Shown: positions 10,291 to 22,150 of the stretch, one piece after another
Layout of the letters: each line of letters begins with the position of its first letter
Numbering within the stretch: position 1 is the first letter of the stretch
Source of the DNA: Azolla caroliniana
Lineage: Eukaryota > Plantae > Polypodiophyta
Assembly: GCA_043228905.1 (NCBI GenBank)
Contig: JBHGNT010000018.1
Location: forward strand, 4,340,001-4,404,000
Direction: 5' to 3'
DNA length: 64,000 nucleotides
Made by a program: the position numbers and the translations under genes
Notes under the pieces: model-generated
Database searches by the model: none
The model's input: only the letters and a program-made list of their open reading frames with translations
Told to the model about the DNA's origin: nothing

Positions 10291-12416
10291 CCTCGGCTGT
10301 CGCCACCGAGGGTCTCGCGATTCCTCTCATGGTTCAGACGTATGGTCATGAATTGGACGGAATGTCGATTGTCTTGGCTCTTGACGCGCGCGTACGCCGA
10401 ACCGTTGTCTAGCACCTTCGTCTCCATTCGTCCTGCCGTAATGTATGGTTCGCCGAGAATCACCGGGTGTGAGGATGTTTCCTGCACGAAGAAATGTTGA
10501 TCTATCTCAACGTCACCGATCTTTACGCGTACATTCGGGTACGCACCATGCAGCTCCTCCGTAGCACGCGTCGCCACGTGTATCTTCCACCCATGCTTGG
10601 TGTTGATCGGCCATTTACCCTTCTTGTAGAAATCCATGGACATCAAGTTGATCTCGGACCCATGGTCTACTAAGGCCACCACCGGTTTCGGAACGTCGCC
10701 GATCCGCACAGGGGTTTCCGTAGTTGCCCTAGCCCAATGCGGCTTCGCGTAGTGACTTTCCGCCAACTCGTCTTCTAGAGCCATGTCTTCTAAGCGCGTA
10801 GTCCGTACCTCCACTAGCTTCTCCGGTTCCGGCTCCGTCGAGAGCCTCTTTCGCTTCACCAAGTCTACGATAGAGTTGTGGAACTCCCTCTTGGCGATTC
10901 CCAGCACCTCCCGCAACGACAACTCCACTTTATTGTTGAGGATCCGCTCTTCAAGGACCTTCCGTAGGTCCGTTGCTCTCTCGATTTCGGTGCTCAACCG
11001 AAACCCCGCCTGCTTCTTCCCATCCGGCGCGCCTAGGTTGCCGGCACCGGTCGGTTTCGGTTCGAACCGGGTCTCGTACCTCTGCGGGGGACCGACCCCT
11101 CCGGCCTTTCCTGCCCGTTTGTCTTCCACCAGAACCTTGTAGTTATGGCAAGCGGCTTCTACGAAGCCCGTTTTCTCTTCGACCGGATCGTCCCATCCTG
11201 TGACCTCCTGGACCCGTTGTTCTGCGCGGTTCGCCTCTTCCTTCTTCAGCCGAACTCCGGAGAGGCCTTCTAGCACTAGCGGCCAGAATCCGGAGTCCTT
11301 CACCTTCCGGGTTTCATCACCACTGACCCGTATTCCCGCCGACACTGAGTAGTTAACGGCTTCTACATGCCGTGTTGCGGCCTCTTCCATCAACCTCTTC
11401 ATTCCGCCGCGCCCCGTATTCAGTTCTAGGGCTCTCCGGGTCTCGCTCGCGTGCACCCGCCCATTCCAGAGGTACACCACGTTGGTCCTGAGTGCGTCGG
11501 GGAAATCCGCGCAATCCTTTCAAACATGACCAATCGCGTCCCACCACATGCACCGCTGCCTAGCCGGCGGCCTCCGGTCGCGAGGTTGTTCGCCGTTGTC
11601 TCTCCGGGTCTGTGCGATCTACAGGTCGCGCACCATCTGTGTCAGCTCCTCCAGAGCCGCTCCTCTGGATGGGCCTTTGACCACGTCGTACGATGCTGAC
11701 CCCGACTCCAGCCAAATTCGGGTCTCTTCCTTCCTACCGGTTGGCACCGATACCGGCTCCTCAAGCCTCCTCGCCGAGAGCGGTCCTGACTCCGACGAGC
11801 TTTCGTCGCTCCACTCGCGCCATTTGTCGAAACGGCTGCAGACCCGTTTTACCACGGCCCAGTCTGCCGTCAGCCCTTCGTTTGTCTCCAATAGGAGACC
11901 CACCTTTTCCCTGTCGAGCGCGTCCACCGACTTGACAAACAGTAGTACTCGACTCATTTCGAGCACGGTCCGGTCCAGCGTCGACAGCCGCACAAATCGT
12001 TTTTCGAACTCCTGGAGGAGCGCCGACGTGTTCCTCCCTTTTCCGGGGCTTTCCACCCACGCCATGAAGTCCCGCCTCGACAGCCGAAGCGAGTCATCAA
12101 ACCCGTACTTCTCGAGGAGCTGCAGCTCGAACTCCTCCCAAGTTTGGCATCCGGCCACCACCTCGAGCACCTCCGCGTGGATGCTCGGCGTCACCACCTG
12201 AGGGAATCCGGACAGCCGCCTGTCCACCGGGATATCCCTCATGATCATTTCTGCCCGGTAAGCCTCCAAATAACTTGTGGGATTCTTCCCACCGAATCGG
12301 CCTATGCTACCGACGATCGATTCAATGGCTCTGTCGAGGGTACCCGTCCCCTTGCGAGCGCTCACCAACCGGTCAACGGCTGCCGCCATTGCCTCTGCTA
12401 GCTCCGATCCCCTCAT
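10281..12416 (-). pseudogene. Element B gag-protease
   Basis: ORFs 11619-12575 (RFGGKNPTSYLEAYRAEM) and 10281-11480 (VALVDHGSEINL aspartic protease, VILGEPY); CMWWDAIGH knuckle remnant near 11525-11555. Confidence 0.88.
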
Positions 12417-13137
12417 CTTCCAACTCCTTTGCCGCATGTTCATGTCGGGTTCACCAATTATGTCGCGAAGTTTCGCGTTCGCATGTAGGAAGAGGCGGGA
12501 CCACGGGGGTCTTGGACCAAGGAGAGAGAGAGAGAGAGAGAGAGTTGCAGATACACAGAAAGAAAATAAGAGCAAGAAACAGGAATCTGATTACTATAAT
12601 CAGTAGCTTATGACTCGAACAGTTACAACCGGAAAATCGGTAATGGACCTGACACGGGGTCCTACTCACGCACACAAACGACAACCATTCGACTCGAAGA
12701 AACAAAAAGGGGGGGGGGGTAGAGAGAGAGAGAGAGCCTCTGTTGGAAGCACACGGCTGTCCACGAAGCAGAGGCAGCGAACTCCCGACACCCACAGAGA
12801 ACGACGATCGGAGGAGAGAGAGCTCGGCCCTCGGTTCTGCAGCAACACTTCGTCCTCGCCAACGCGCGATCCCTTTTCTTCCTTCTCTCCCTCCTTAAGT
12901 AGTTCCCTAAGGGGAGACCCTCCTTCCCTAGTCAAATCGCTTTATTCCCTGTCCCTTTCGACAGAGATACGCACAAATCCCCTAATAAATGTGTACTACG
13001 TAGTATTTACATCAGCCGACCTAATTATGAATTATGCACAAAATATCAATTCTCGCGTGCACCCACGTAAGAGCCGGTTCATGCGCCTTTTTCTCCGATT
13101 CCGCCCATGGCCTGGCCTATTTTCTTCACGACAGCGT

Positions 13138-16100
13138 TCTGACTATCACGAAGAACCTGGTGTCAATCGGTCAGATCGTTGACCAGGGGATGTAGGTGCG
13201 GTTTACGCACCTCAGGTGCTTCATTGAGGATGAGGGCAAGATTATTGCGCAAGGGCGTAGAGATGGGAGGATGTTCATCCTCGACACCAATGACATTAGA
13301 ATCGCTCTATTTCCAAAGGACAGAAGGTCGAGTCGGATATCGACCTGTGGCATAAGCAGGTCGGCCACGTCAACTATCGGAGGCTTCAAGACCTGCAAAC
13401 GAAACCAGTTGTTTTCAGTTTGCCGAAGTTTAGTGGTCGGAAGGCCCCAATATGTGAAGCCTGCCAACTCGGGAAGCAACACCGTCTTCCATTCCCCACT
13501 GAACAAAACCGTAGCAGTAACAAGCTCCACCTTATTCATTCAGATGTATGGGGACCAACACAGAATGTGAGTCTTGGCGGGAGTCGATACTTCGTCTCCT
13601 TCATCGACGACTATAGCCGGCACATATGGATCTACCTCATTGAGCAGAAGAGAAAATTCTTCGATTGTTTCCGGAACCTCCAAAGCATGGTGGAACGGGA
13701 ATCAGAGAGGAAGATCAAGTGCCTGCGGTCAGATGACGGAAAAGAATATTTTTCCGGCCAATTCAACAGTTATCTACAACAAACAGGAATTTGGAGAGAG
13801 TTCAGCTGCAGATACACATCGGAGAAAAACGATGTGGCAGAGAGGAAGAACTGGTCAATTGTCGACGCGGCAAGGGCAATGCTAGAAGAGAAGAGCATGC
13901 CCCATTTCTACTGGGCGAAGGCGGTCCGGACGACCGTCTACATCCAAATCCGAATCGGTGACAAGGTGTCAATGCATGAGCTATATTTCGGGCGCAAGCC
14001 GAATTTGCGACACCTTCGGATATTCGGTAGCATTGCATATGTGCATGTGCTAGATGAGAAGCGGAGGAAGTTGGATGCAAAGTCGGAGAAATGCATCCTC
14101 GTCGGTTACTCGCATGAGCAAAAGGGGTATAAGTGTTATAACCCCCGGAAGAAGCAGGTCCGAGTTAGCCGCAATGTCGAGTTCGATGAAACGGCATCAT
14201 GGTCCTCCATACCAACTCCGACTTCGGACCCCGACCCAATCCCGGAGGATGAGGCTAGAGAGCCTGAACCGGCCCAAGAAGAAGAAGATGAATCCGGAAC
14301 ACAAGAAGAGAGTTCAAAATCGTTTCGGTTGAGTGGGCCGAACGAGAGACTAGGTCAATCCGACCAGTCAGATGAGGAACCAGCGAGTAGTGAAGACTCT
14401 GTCATGCTCTCCCCATGCAAGGAACCGAGGAGACGGTTCACTCACAAAGAGAAGGGGAAGAAGAAGATTCCGGAATACGAAACCGGCAACGTTGAGTCGG
14501 ATCAGAGCAAATCCGACTCCGGAAAGGACCTGGCCAAGAAGCGCCCCAAACCGGGTAATACCAAGTTACGTCGGTCTTCCCGCCAGAAGAACCCCGTGAC
14601 GCGGTACGGGTACAATGAGTACATGGCGCATCACTATGCGTACATGACCAAGGTGGCGGAAGTGCGTGAGCTAGAGAGCTATGCAGAAGCAGCAAAGGAT
14701 GCCAATTGGCGTGCCACTATGGAGGAAGAAATGCGGGCACTTGATGCCAATGACACATGGGACCTAGTTGACCCTCCCCGACACTGTAAACCGATCAGAT
14801 GTAAGTGGGTGTAGAAGGTAAAGTACAATGCCGACGGTTTGGTTAACCGGTACAAGGCCCAGTTAGTGGCGAAGGGATACACGTAGACCCACGGAATAGA
14901 CTACGACGGTTCGTGTGGTATTGGCAGTTGCTGCGGCAAGGGGGTGACATCTTCACCAGATGGACGTGAAGAATGTGTTCCTTCAAGGCGATCTTGAAGA
15001 AGAGGTCTTTATGACCCAACCCCCCGGTTTCCAAACGGAGATGAACAAGTCGGCGGTATGCCGGCTGAAGAAGTCACTCTATGGCCTGAAGCAAGCCCCC
15101 CGACCTTGGAATGCGAAGATCACGCACCGGTTGCATAAGATGGGGTTTGCAGCCTCCAAGTCCGACTCTTCGTTGTGCATCCGACAAGGTCCGGACGATC
15201 CGGTTTGCATTTTGTTGTATGTTGATGATCTAGTCATCATCAGACCTAGACTCGATGAAATCAGCTGAGTCAAGGCCCAGCTGTTTGATGCATTTGAGAT
15301 GAAGGATCTGGGGGACCTTCATTATTTTCTTGGGATTGAGGTGATCGAACCCCTGATGGCATATTTCTCTCACAGAGACACTATGTGATGAATATGATGT
15401 ACAAGTTTGGCATGACGGAATGCCGACCGATATCCACACCCCTGGACCGGAACCAAAAGCTCCATCCCGACTCCGAACCAGCCTGCGATGAGAAACGGTC
15501 CCGAACTGACATCAGCTATCCGGTCGGTGTGATTAGCCAATTCTTGCAGAAGCCGATCGTAGAGCATCTTCAGTGCGCACACCGAATACTACGATATGTG
15601 AGCAGCACGAAGGACTGGGGACTGTTATACCGGTGAGGTATAACCGAAGAACTAGTCGGTTACACGGATGCCGACTAGGCCGGCGATCCATCAGATCGCC
15701 GATCAACTTCCGGTTACATGTTCTCCCTTGGTAGCGCAGTTGTTGCGTGAAGCAGCCAAAAGCAGCCAACAGTGGCTCTGTCGAGCACTGAGGCTGAATA
15801 TCGGGGCGCTATCGTTGCCACCTGTGAAGCCATTTGGCTTCGGCGACTGTTGCAAGACGTGCGGATCGAAGTGCCGACCCCGATCCTGATCTACCGCGAC
15901 AACATAAGCAGCATGCAGCTTGCCAAGAACCCCGTATTCCATGCTCACACAAAGCACATAGAAGTGCACTACCACTTCATGTGTGAGTGTGTCTTGAGTG
16001 GTGAAGTCAAACTTCGGTATGTTCATACGAATTGGCAAGTCGCTGACATCTTCACCAAACCGCTCGGATCGGACAAGTTGCAACACTTCACCGAAATGCT

Positions 16101-16728
16101 TGGTGTTCAGCATCTTGACGTGCCACACTTGAGGGGGAGAACGGGCAAAGACACCGGTGAGGGAAGAACCGACAAAGGGAGAGACAAAAAGAAGAAAGGA
16201 GTCGAGTCGACAAAGGAAGTGGACACATCCGAACAAGTCGGAGCAAGCGGCAGCGGCGGTAGAGTCAAGAAGGATAGAGCCGACTGGAAGAAGAAGGCCA
16301 AGACCCGAACATGGTCCGATGTGGAGAAGGGCCTGGAACTGGAAAACGAATCGGGAGCGATCGATTCAGACAAGAGCTGGAACGAATCGGAGACAGCCGA
16401 TTCGGTTCAACAGACGGATTCGGAAGAACCGGATCAATTCAAGGCCAAGAGGACGAGATGGCAGCAAAAGTCGACGCCAACACGAAGGAATCGGCGGGTC
16501 GACAAGCGCCGAAGTCACAACAACGAGGGAGCTGATTTGGGCCTGTTGAGCAGACAAGGCGACCGAGGAGGTTGAGATGCGCAAAAACAGAAGGGTCGCG
16601 GCAAACGGGACCGGACCGGACGAGGAGCGCGAGCAAGGCGGAGTGATGCTAGAAGGAGCCGGGTGGAAGGATTGGCTACCATGGACACTAACACTACGAT
16701 CCAACCTCAAGTTGAGCTTGAGGGGGAG
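13138..16728 (+). pseudogene. Copia A pol: end of protease, GAG-pre-integrase/integrase, RT, RNase H and C-terminal extension
   Basis: LWHKQVGH; IHSDVWGP..FIDDYSR..LRSD; MDVKNVFLQGDL; LLYVDDL; ALSSTEAEY..HTKHIEVHYHF..ADIFTKPL. Several stops and small deletions. Confidence 0.93.
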
Positions 16729-17107
16729 TGTTGAGCGGCAAGCTCAACCGGATCCGGATCAGCTAAATAAGCCTAAGCCGGATCGGCATCCGGAAGGATG
16801 AAGACGGATTGGTGAGACGAATCGGACGGATCGACGAGCCGGTGAGCAAGTGAGCCGGTTAGCTAGAACAAACAGTAATCAGAAGCCTAGTAGTAGCCTA
16901 GACTACTACGTAGTTAATAGTCTCGTAGTTAGTGTCAGACACGCGAGTGAGCGTTGAAGTACGCAGTACTTTTGTCAGTCCCATGAGGACTTGTATAAAT
17001 AGTGTTATTGAGCACGTTGTATGTACAGAGTGTTGATATAATTTTCGAATTTAGATTCTTGTTCGGCTCTCTCTGTCTCTCTCGAGTACTCTCTGTATTC
17101 TGTGTAT

Positions 17108-17164
<57 letters not shown>

Positions 17165-17959
17165 GCTACACAGCCAAGCTCTTGTCTTATGCTTCCACAC
17201 ATACGTTTTCACAAAAAAGAACCCCGTCTTTCACGACCGGATTAAGCACATCGAGGTGCACTATCATTTTGTCTAAGAGCGCGTTCTCTCTGGTGATGTA
17301 GAATTGCCACATGTTCCGATAGATCGACGGGTGGCCGATATCTTCACCAAACCCCTCGGCTTCGACAAGTTGTGGCAATTTTTTGGTGCATTGGGTGTGC
17401 AGTACCTCAATATGCCAAACTTGAGGGAGAGGAATGCAAGGAAGAATGAGAAAGACGACTGAAAAAATCGAGTCGGAAAACGATTTCGATTTCGGCTCAA
17501 TTGAAGAAGTCGGAGTGCACGGGACGGCTAATGAAGCCGAGATTGGACGCAGGGGGGGCCACCAGAATAGAGCCCAAGTCGAAGCCAACCGAAAAAGGGG
17601 GAGGCAAAGTCGGGAAGACCAAGACACGGACATGGTCCGATGTCGTGAATGGTCTGAAGATTGCGAATGAGTTCGAGACAGCCAATTCAGACAAGAGGTG
17701 GAACGAATCGGAGGCACCCGATTCAGAAGAGGAGTTCGATTCGGAGAAGCCGGATCAACTCAAGGCCAAACGGACGAGAAGGCAGCTGAAGTCGACATCG
17801 ATAGGTCGAGAAGGGCCGAAGTCGCAACAGTAAAGGAGCTAAAATGGGCCTTATGAGCAGACAAACCGACCGAGAAGGTCAAGGTGCACGGGACCGGACG
17901 AGTCATGGAAAGCAGGACCGGACCAGACAAGGAGCGCGAGCAAGGCAAGAGAATGCCAG

Positions 17960-18661
17960 TAGCAATGGGCCCGGTTTCGGCTCAAACCGAACCGAACCGA
18001 AAAACCGTGGCTTAACGGTTTTATAGGTTCGAAGATAAATAAACGGTTTGGTTTGGTTTCAAATGTTATGAATCGATTTCGGTTCGGTTCGGTTTTGAAT
18101 TTACCGATTTATCGGCTTATCGGCTTATCGGCTTATCGACTTATCGGTTTCTGTTTATGTGGTTTGGTTTAAAGGTTTATAGGTTAAAAAATACGCATAA
18201 ATTTTCCCTATAGGCTCTAACTTTCAACTTTTAATTTTAAACTCTTGTTTTAACTTATTAAATTTTATATGCATTATATGTAGAGTCTCCTTTCCATTTA
18301 TGATGATCAAATATGATAAGTATGATGATCAAATTTATGATAAGTATGATGATCAAATTTATGATCATTATGATGACAAATTTTATGGTAAGTATGATGA
18401 CAAAATTTATGATAAGTATGATGACAAAATTTATGATGATTTTCTCACACAAATTTATAATAAGTATGATGATTAATATCAATAAAAAATGGTTTGGTTT
18501 GGTTTTAAATTTTTCGTAAATGGTTTGGTTTAACGATTTGGCTCTAAACAGTTCGGTTTAAATGGCTTCAAAATGTTTTTAACAGTTTCGTTCGGTTTTT
18601 ATTATTAATAAATGGTTTGGTTTGGTTTCAAGGCCAAGAAACCGAGCCGGGCCCATTGCTA
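17960..18661. mobile_element. hAT-type non-autonomous DNA transposon (MITE)
   Basis: 15-bp TIRs tagcaatgggcccgg/ccgggcccattgcta; degenerate 8-bp TSD aatgccag/gacgccaa (single copy in the related copia A near 16643); subterminal AACCG/CGGTT repeats. Confidence 0.85.
18299..18475. repeat. ~21-bp minisatellite inside the MITE
   Basis: About 8 degenerate units of tttatgataagtatgatga(t/c)aaa. Confidence 0.85.
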
Positions 18662-19199
18662 GACGCCAAGGGGAGCCGGAGGAGAGGACCAACTACCATA
18701 GACACAAACACTACGATCCGACCTCAAGTTGAGCTTGAGGGGGAGTGTTGAGCAGACAAGCTCAACCGGATCCAGATCGTATGAATAAGCCAGAGCCGGA
18801 TTGGTATCCGGAACAAATAACCAGATCGGTGTCCGGAACCAAGAGCCGGATCGGAAAGATGGACCATATTGTAACCGGTAGGCCGTTAGAGGCCTATGAA
18901 TCTAGCCTAATACGTAGGCGTATTTTTGGGAGTCAGTGTCAGTCGCTCGTATGAGCATTGAAGTACTTGTTAGTACTTCTATTAGTCCTTTTAAGGACTT
19001 GTATAAATAGTGTTTTGTAGGACAATTGTATGTACATAGTATTATTATTATTTTGAATTGAGTTTTGTTCTGCTCTCTCAGTCTCTCCCGTGTAAGGTTT
19101 CCATTAATCATGTGTCTATATTCTGTTTCTATCCGGATAAACCAGTTTGTCAAAGCATCCACATATTAACTTTGACACACATTATGTGATCTACTATAA

Positions 19200-20180
19200 G
19201 TGTCAAGAAATTTTCAAATACAACATAGGGATGAGGCCATTCAACATTCTCCCGCACGTACATTTCAAACACATTGTTGATCTCATAACAATGCCAGCTA
19301 TATGAATTAAGTGAAAGTTACGGCTTTACAAAAGAAGACGACTATCATTGTTTGTTGATTTCTTCTCAAAGATGTTTGCAAGTATGGTGTTATTCAAATT
19401 GTCAAGGAATGTGAAAAACTACATTTTGATGAAGTTGGACCCGTCTTTGAAAACCTCATGATCCATGAATTTTGGACAATGTCCTGCAATCTACAAGCCA
19501 ATGGGAAGATGAAAAGAAACCATAGTCCAATAATTAAAGCATCGGTGACTGTGTCTTATGGGAAAGTAAATGATTGACCATGGCTTTTTCCACATGCATT
19601 ACAGGTGGATCAAATGACCCACAATACAATCACCGGTTACATGTCCACCACGTTTATGATGGGCCAAAACCCGGTGATGTCCATCAAGAATATGCTTTTC
19701 AATTGAGTTGTGTTCTCATTGGATGAAGGAATGTCAAGAGAAGAATTGTTTGCAATTAGATTAGCAATTATAGAAGTGACTAGTGGATGTCGAATATGCA
19801 ATTTTGCTACATCGGGAGACCCAGTATCATGATAAGATCAATTCAATAAGAAACATCATCCATGAGTGAGGAAACTTGAAGAAGGCGACTTGGTGCATTT
19901 ATATACTAACAATCTCAGTAATCAAAACAATAGTGTCCAAGAGTTTGCTTTGGGCCATACGAAGTACAACAAACCAAATAACCTATGACAACAATGCGTA
20001 GTGAGTTGGAGAATTGGAAATTGAACAAAAATCTTCAAGAAATGAGAAATGATGCATCTTATTTGGACACTACATGAAGAAGGTCATCATGAAGACCAAT
20101 ATGAGGGCTTGACCACTACAAACAAAGAAGACTACAATGAGAATGCACATGTTTGAGGATATGTGGGTTTTGAAGGGGTA
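19200..20180 (+). pseudogene. Highly decayed Phygy-like integrase and 3' end
   Basis: ANGKMKRNHSPIIKA near 19497-19541 matches ANGKIERGHSPIVKA of F; EEGDLV; family PPT-proximal motif gcacatg..gaggatatgtgggtttt-gaagggg at 20145-20178. Confidence 0.7.
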
Positions 20181-21485
20181 AGTTTCATGTTGCCTATAAT
20201 AGATAATATGAATCCCTCTAAATTAGGGATTGGTTCTGATTGCAAAGGTTGTATGAAATAATAATGTCAATCCTTCTCCAATTTTTTAGTTAATTTAGGG
20301 TTTCGATCTTTCTCTCAGTTAATCCTTCTTCTCCAATTTTTTACGTCTCATATATCTCCTTATCATGAACCTAGATGTTTGACCCACACACAAACATGTT
20401 GGTTGTGATCATGTCATGGCATGGCGTGTGCACAAGGGAAAGGTGAAGGACAATTCATTTCACACTCAATAAAAAAGGTTGAACAATGGGAGAAATAGTT
20501 CAAGAGGAAATGTGTGGGAACATTAAATAGCTTCATTAGTTAGCTTAGTTAGTAAATTCACTTGTTAATATTCAACGAGGGCTCGTGCATGTTTGAATCT
20601 TAGTTTACACCAAAAATGCTAAAACCAATTACTTTCAATAGCCATGATGGTGATAGGTGGTTAGACACATCAAAATAAGAACCCATGCATAATTAAGAAA
20701 AGCAAACTCTTAAGTTTGACAAAGTGGGAAACACTCCAAACAATTATAAAAGTGTGCTTAGAGCAAAAGTTCGGTGGTATTTTGTTTGGTGCGACTTTAG
20801 GGTGGAAATGTTTTTGTTTCTTTCTAGTTCCTCTTCTTGAACTTAGGATATTTTGGTGGAGGGATTTATTGTGGAAAGGAAGATTGTCTTTTTGTGCTAG
20901 TGGAGATCATCTCTCGACACAAACTGATTGAATTCTACAAGGGATCATGAAGACATAACGGCCCTTAGCCTTCAATCATATCGTTTTTTCTTCTTCCATC
21001 TAGCCCACCCTAAATCAAAGCTCAATGCTTGAATTGGATAGTTTATGTGATTTATTTTATCCCCTATGAGTCTAAGTGTGTCAACCATTTTGAGTGACCA
21101 CATTAATACACTTACAATGGATTCATAACCTCCTGAAGGCCATAACTATTCTTCTTGCCTTCTACATATCGTGTCACATAGCCAATATCCCTATATGCGA
21201 GAAACTTGACCTTACAATATTAAGAGACACATTGCGTCATGACTGAAGCTTTGCCTCATTTGAACCAAAGCCATTTGCAAAGAACATTTATGGAGCTCAT
21301 CAATAAATCCTACTTGTCTACCAAGTCTAATAATGAAACTTGCATATAAAAACAACCAAGGCTAACATGCCAAATTATCTATCTATCCAAACCAACTCCA
21401 ACCATTATGACACCTTGAAAGTGCCCTTCTAAAACTATAAACCAATCAAGCTACCTAATTAGTGACAAGAGGAGTTTAACAACTA

Positions 21486-22150
21486 GACTTATAGAATAGG
21501 GTTTAATTAAATAGAGATTAAAATATTTGTAGATATGCACAATGAAATGGTTCAAACTTTGTACCTAGATTTTATGAAACATTGCGATGACTACAAATAA
21601 AAACCCATATCTTAGGATATAAAGAAAGTTTCATAGGAAAGTCCATGGATATGCAAATACATCAAACCTACTCTATAAGCTCATACAAAGACATGACCTA
21701 CAAATGGCACCATGCACTCACTCATCCTAGCATCTAAATTTCTAAATGTAACTTCAATCTAAATATACAAAAGGTTCAAAATCATACTTTTCGTTTATTA
21801 TACAAAGGCTTCTAAGTATTATACAAAGGGTTCAAAGAGACTTATTGAATAGGATTTAAATAGAGATTAAAACAGTTGTAAATATGCACAATGAAAGGGT
21901 TCAAACCTGCTACATACATTTTATGAAACATTGTGATGACAACCAATAAAAACCCATATCTTAGGATATAAAGAAAGTTTCATAGGAAAGTCGATGAATA
22001 CGCAAATGCATCAAACCTACTCTATAGAAGCTTATGCAAAGACATGAGCACCAAATGACACCATGGCCTCACTAATCCTAGTATCTAAATTTCTAAATGT
22101 AACTTCGATCTAAATATTATACAAAGTGTTCAAAATCATACTTTTCGTTT
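21486..22150. repeat. Diverged tandem duplication, period ~353 bp
   Basis: gactta..gaatagg..aaatagagattaaaa...aaaatcatacttttcgtttat occurs at 21486-21798 and 21839-22150. Confidence 0.85.

Larger units (their letters stand above)
3260..13133 (-). mobile_element. Phygy/Selgy-like non-chromovirus Ty3/gypsy element B (LTRs 12461-13133, and 3260-3854 + 7418-7485)
   Basis: Paired LTRs TGTCG...CGACA; tRNA-Trp PBS 12439-12456; PPT 7486-7496; degenerate 4-bp TSD atgt/gcgt; gag-PR-RT-RH-INT order. Confidence 0.92.
1490..17213 (+). mobile_element. Full-length decayed Ty1/copia element A (LTRs 1490-1956 and 16729-17213)
   Basis: Paired TG...CA LTRs; Met-i PBS tggtattagagc 1957-1968; PPT 16718-16728; 5-bp TSD gaaaa/aaaaa; gag-PR-INT-RT-RH order. 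Confidence 0.95.
1433..19177 (+). mobile_element. Host Ty1/copia element A0, 3' part: RNase H split by insertions, 3' extension, 3' LTR 18746-19177
   Basis: 1433-1489 (TMIYCDNVNSIQLE) joins ~17219 (NPVFHDRIKHIEVHYHFV) across copia A. PPT ttgagggggag precedes TGTTGAGC at 18746. LTR is related to the LTRs of A and ends tttgaca. Confidence 0.85.

Noticed and set aside
13060-13090. GGTTCATGC in the B LTR as a B box
   Set aside because: Poor match and no A box at tRNA spacing, so B is scored as lacking the module.
17112-17161. (CT)n microsatellite (also 29775-29820)
   Set aside because: Ordinary slippage expansion inside LTRs; the 5' LTR of A has a shorter tract.
18299-18475. CRISPR-like array or Met/Ile-rich ORFs
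   Set aside because: Head-to-tail minisatellite with no unique spacers, in a eukaryotic context; the ORFs are repeat artefacts.
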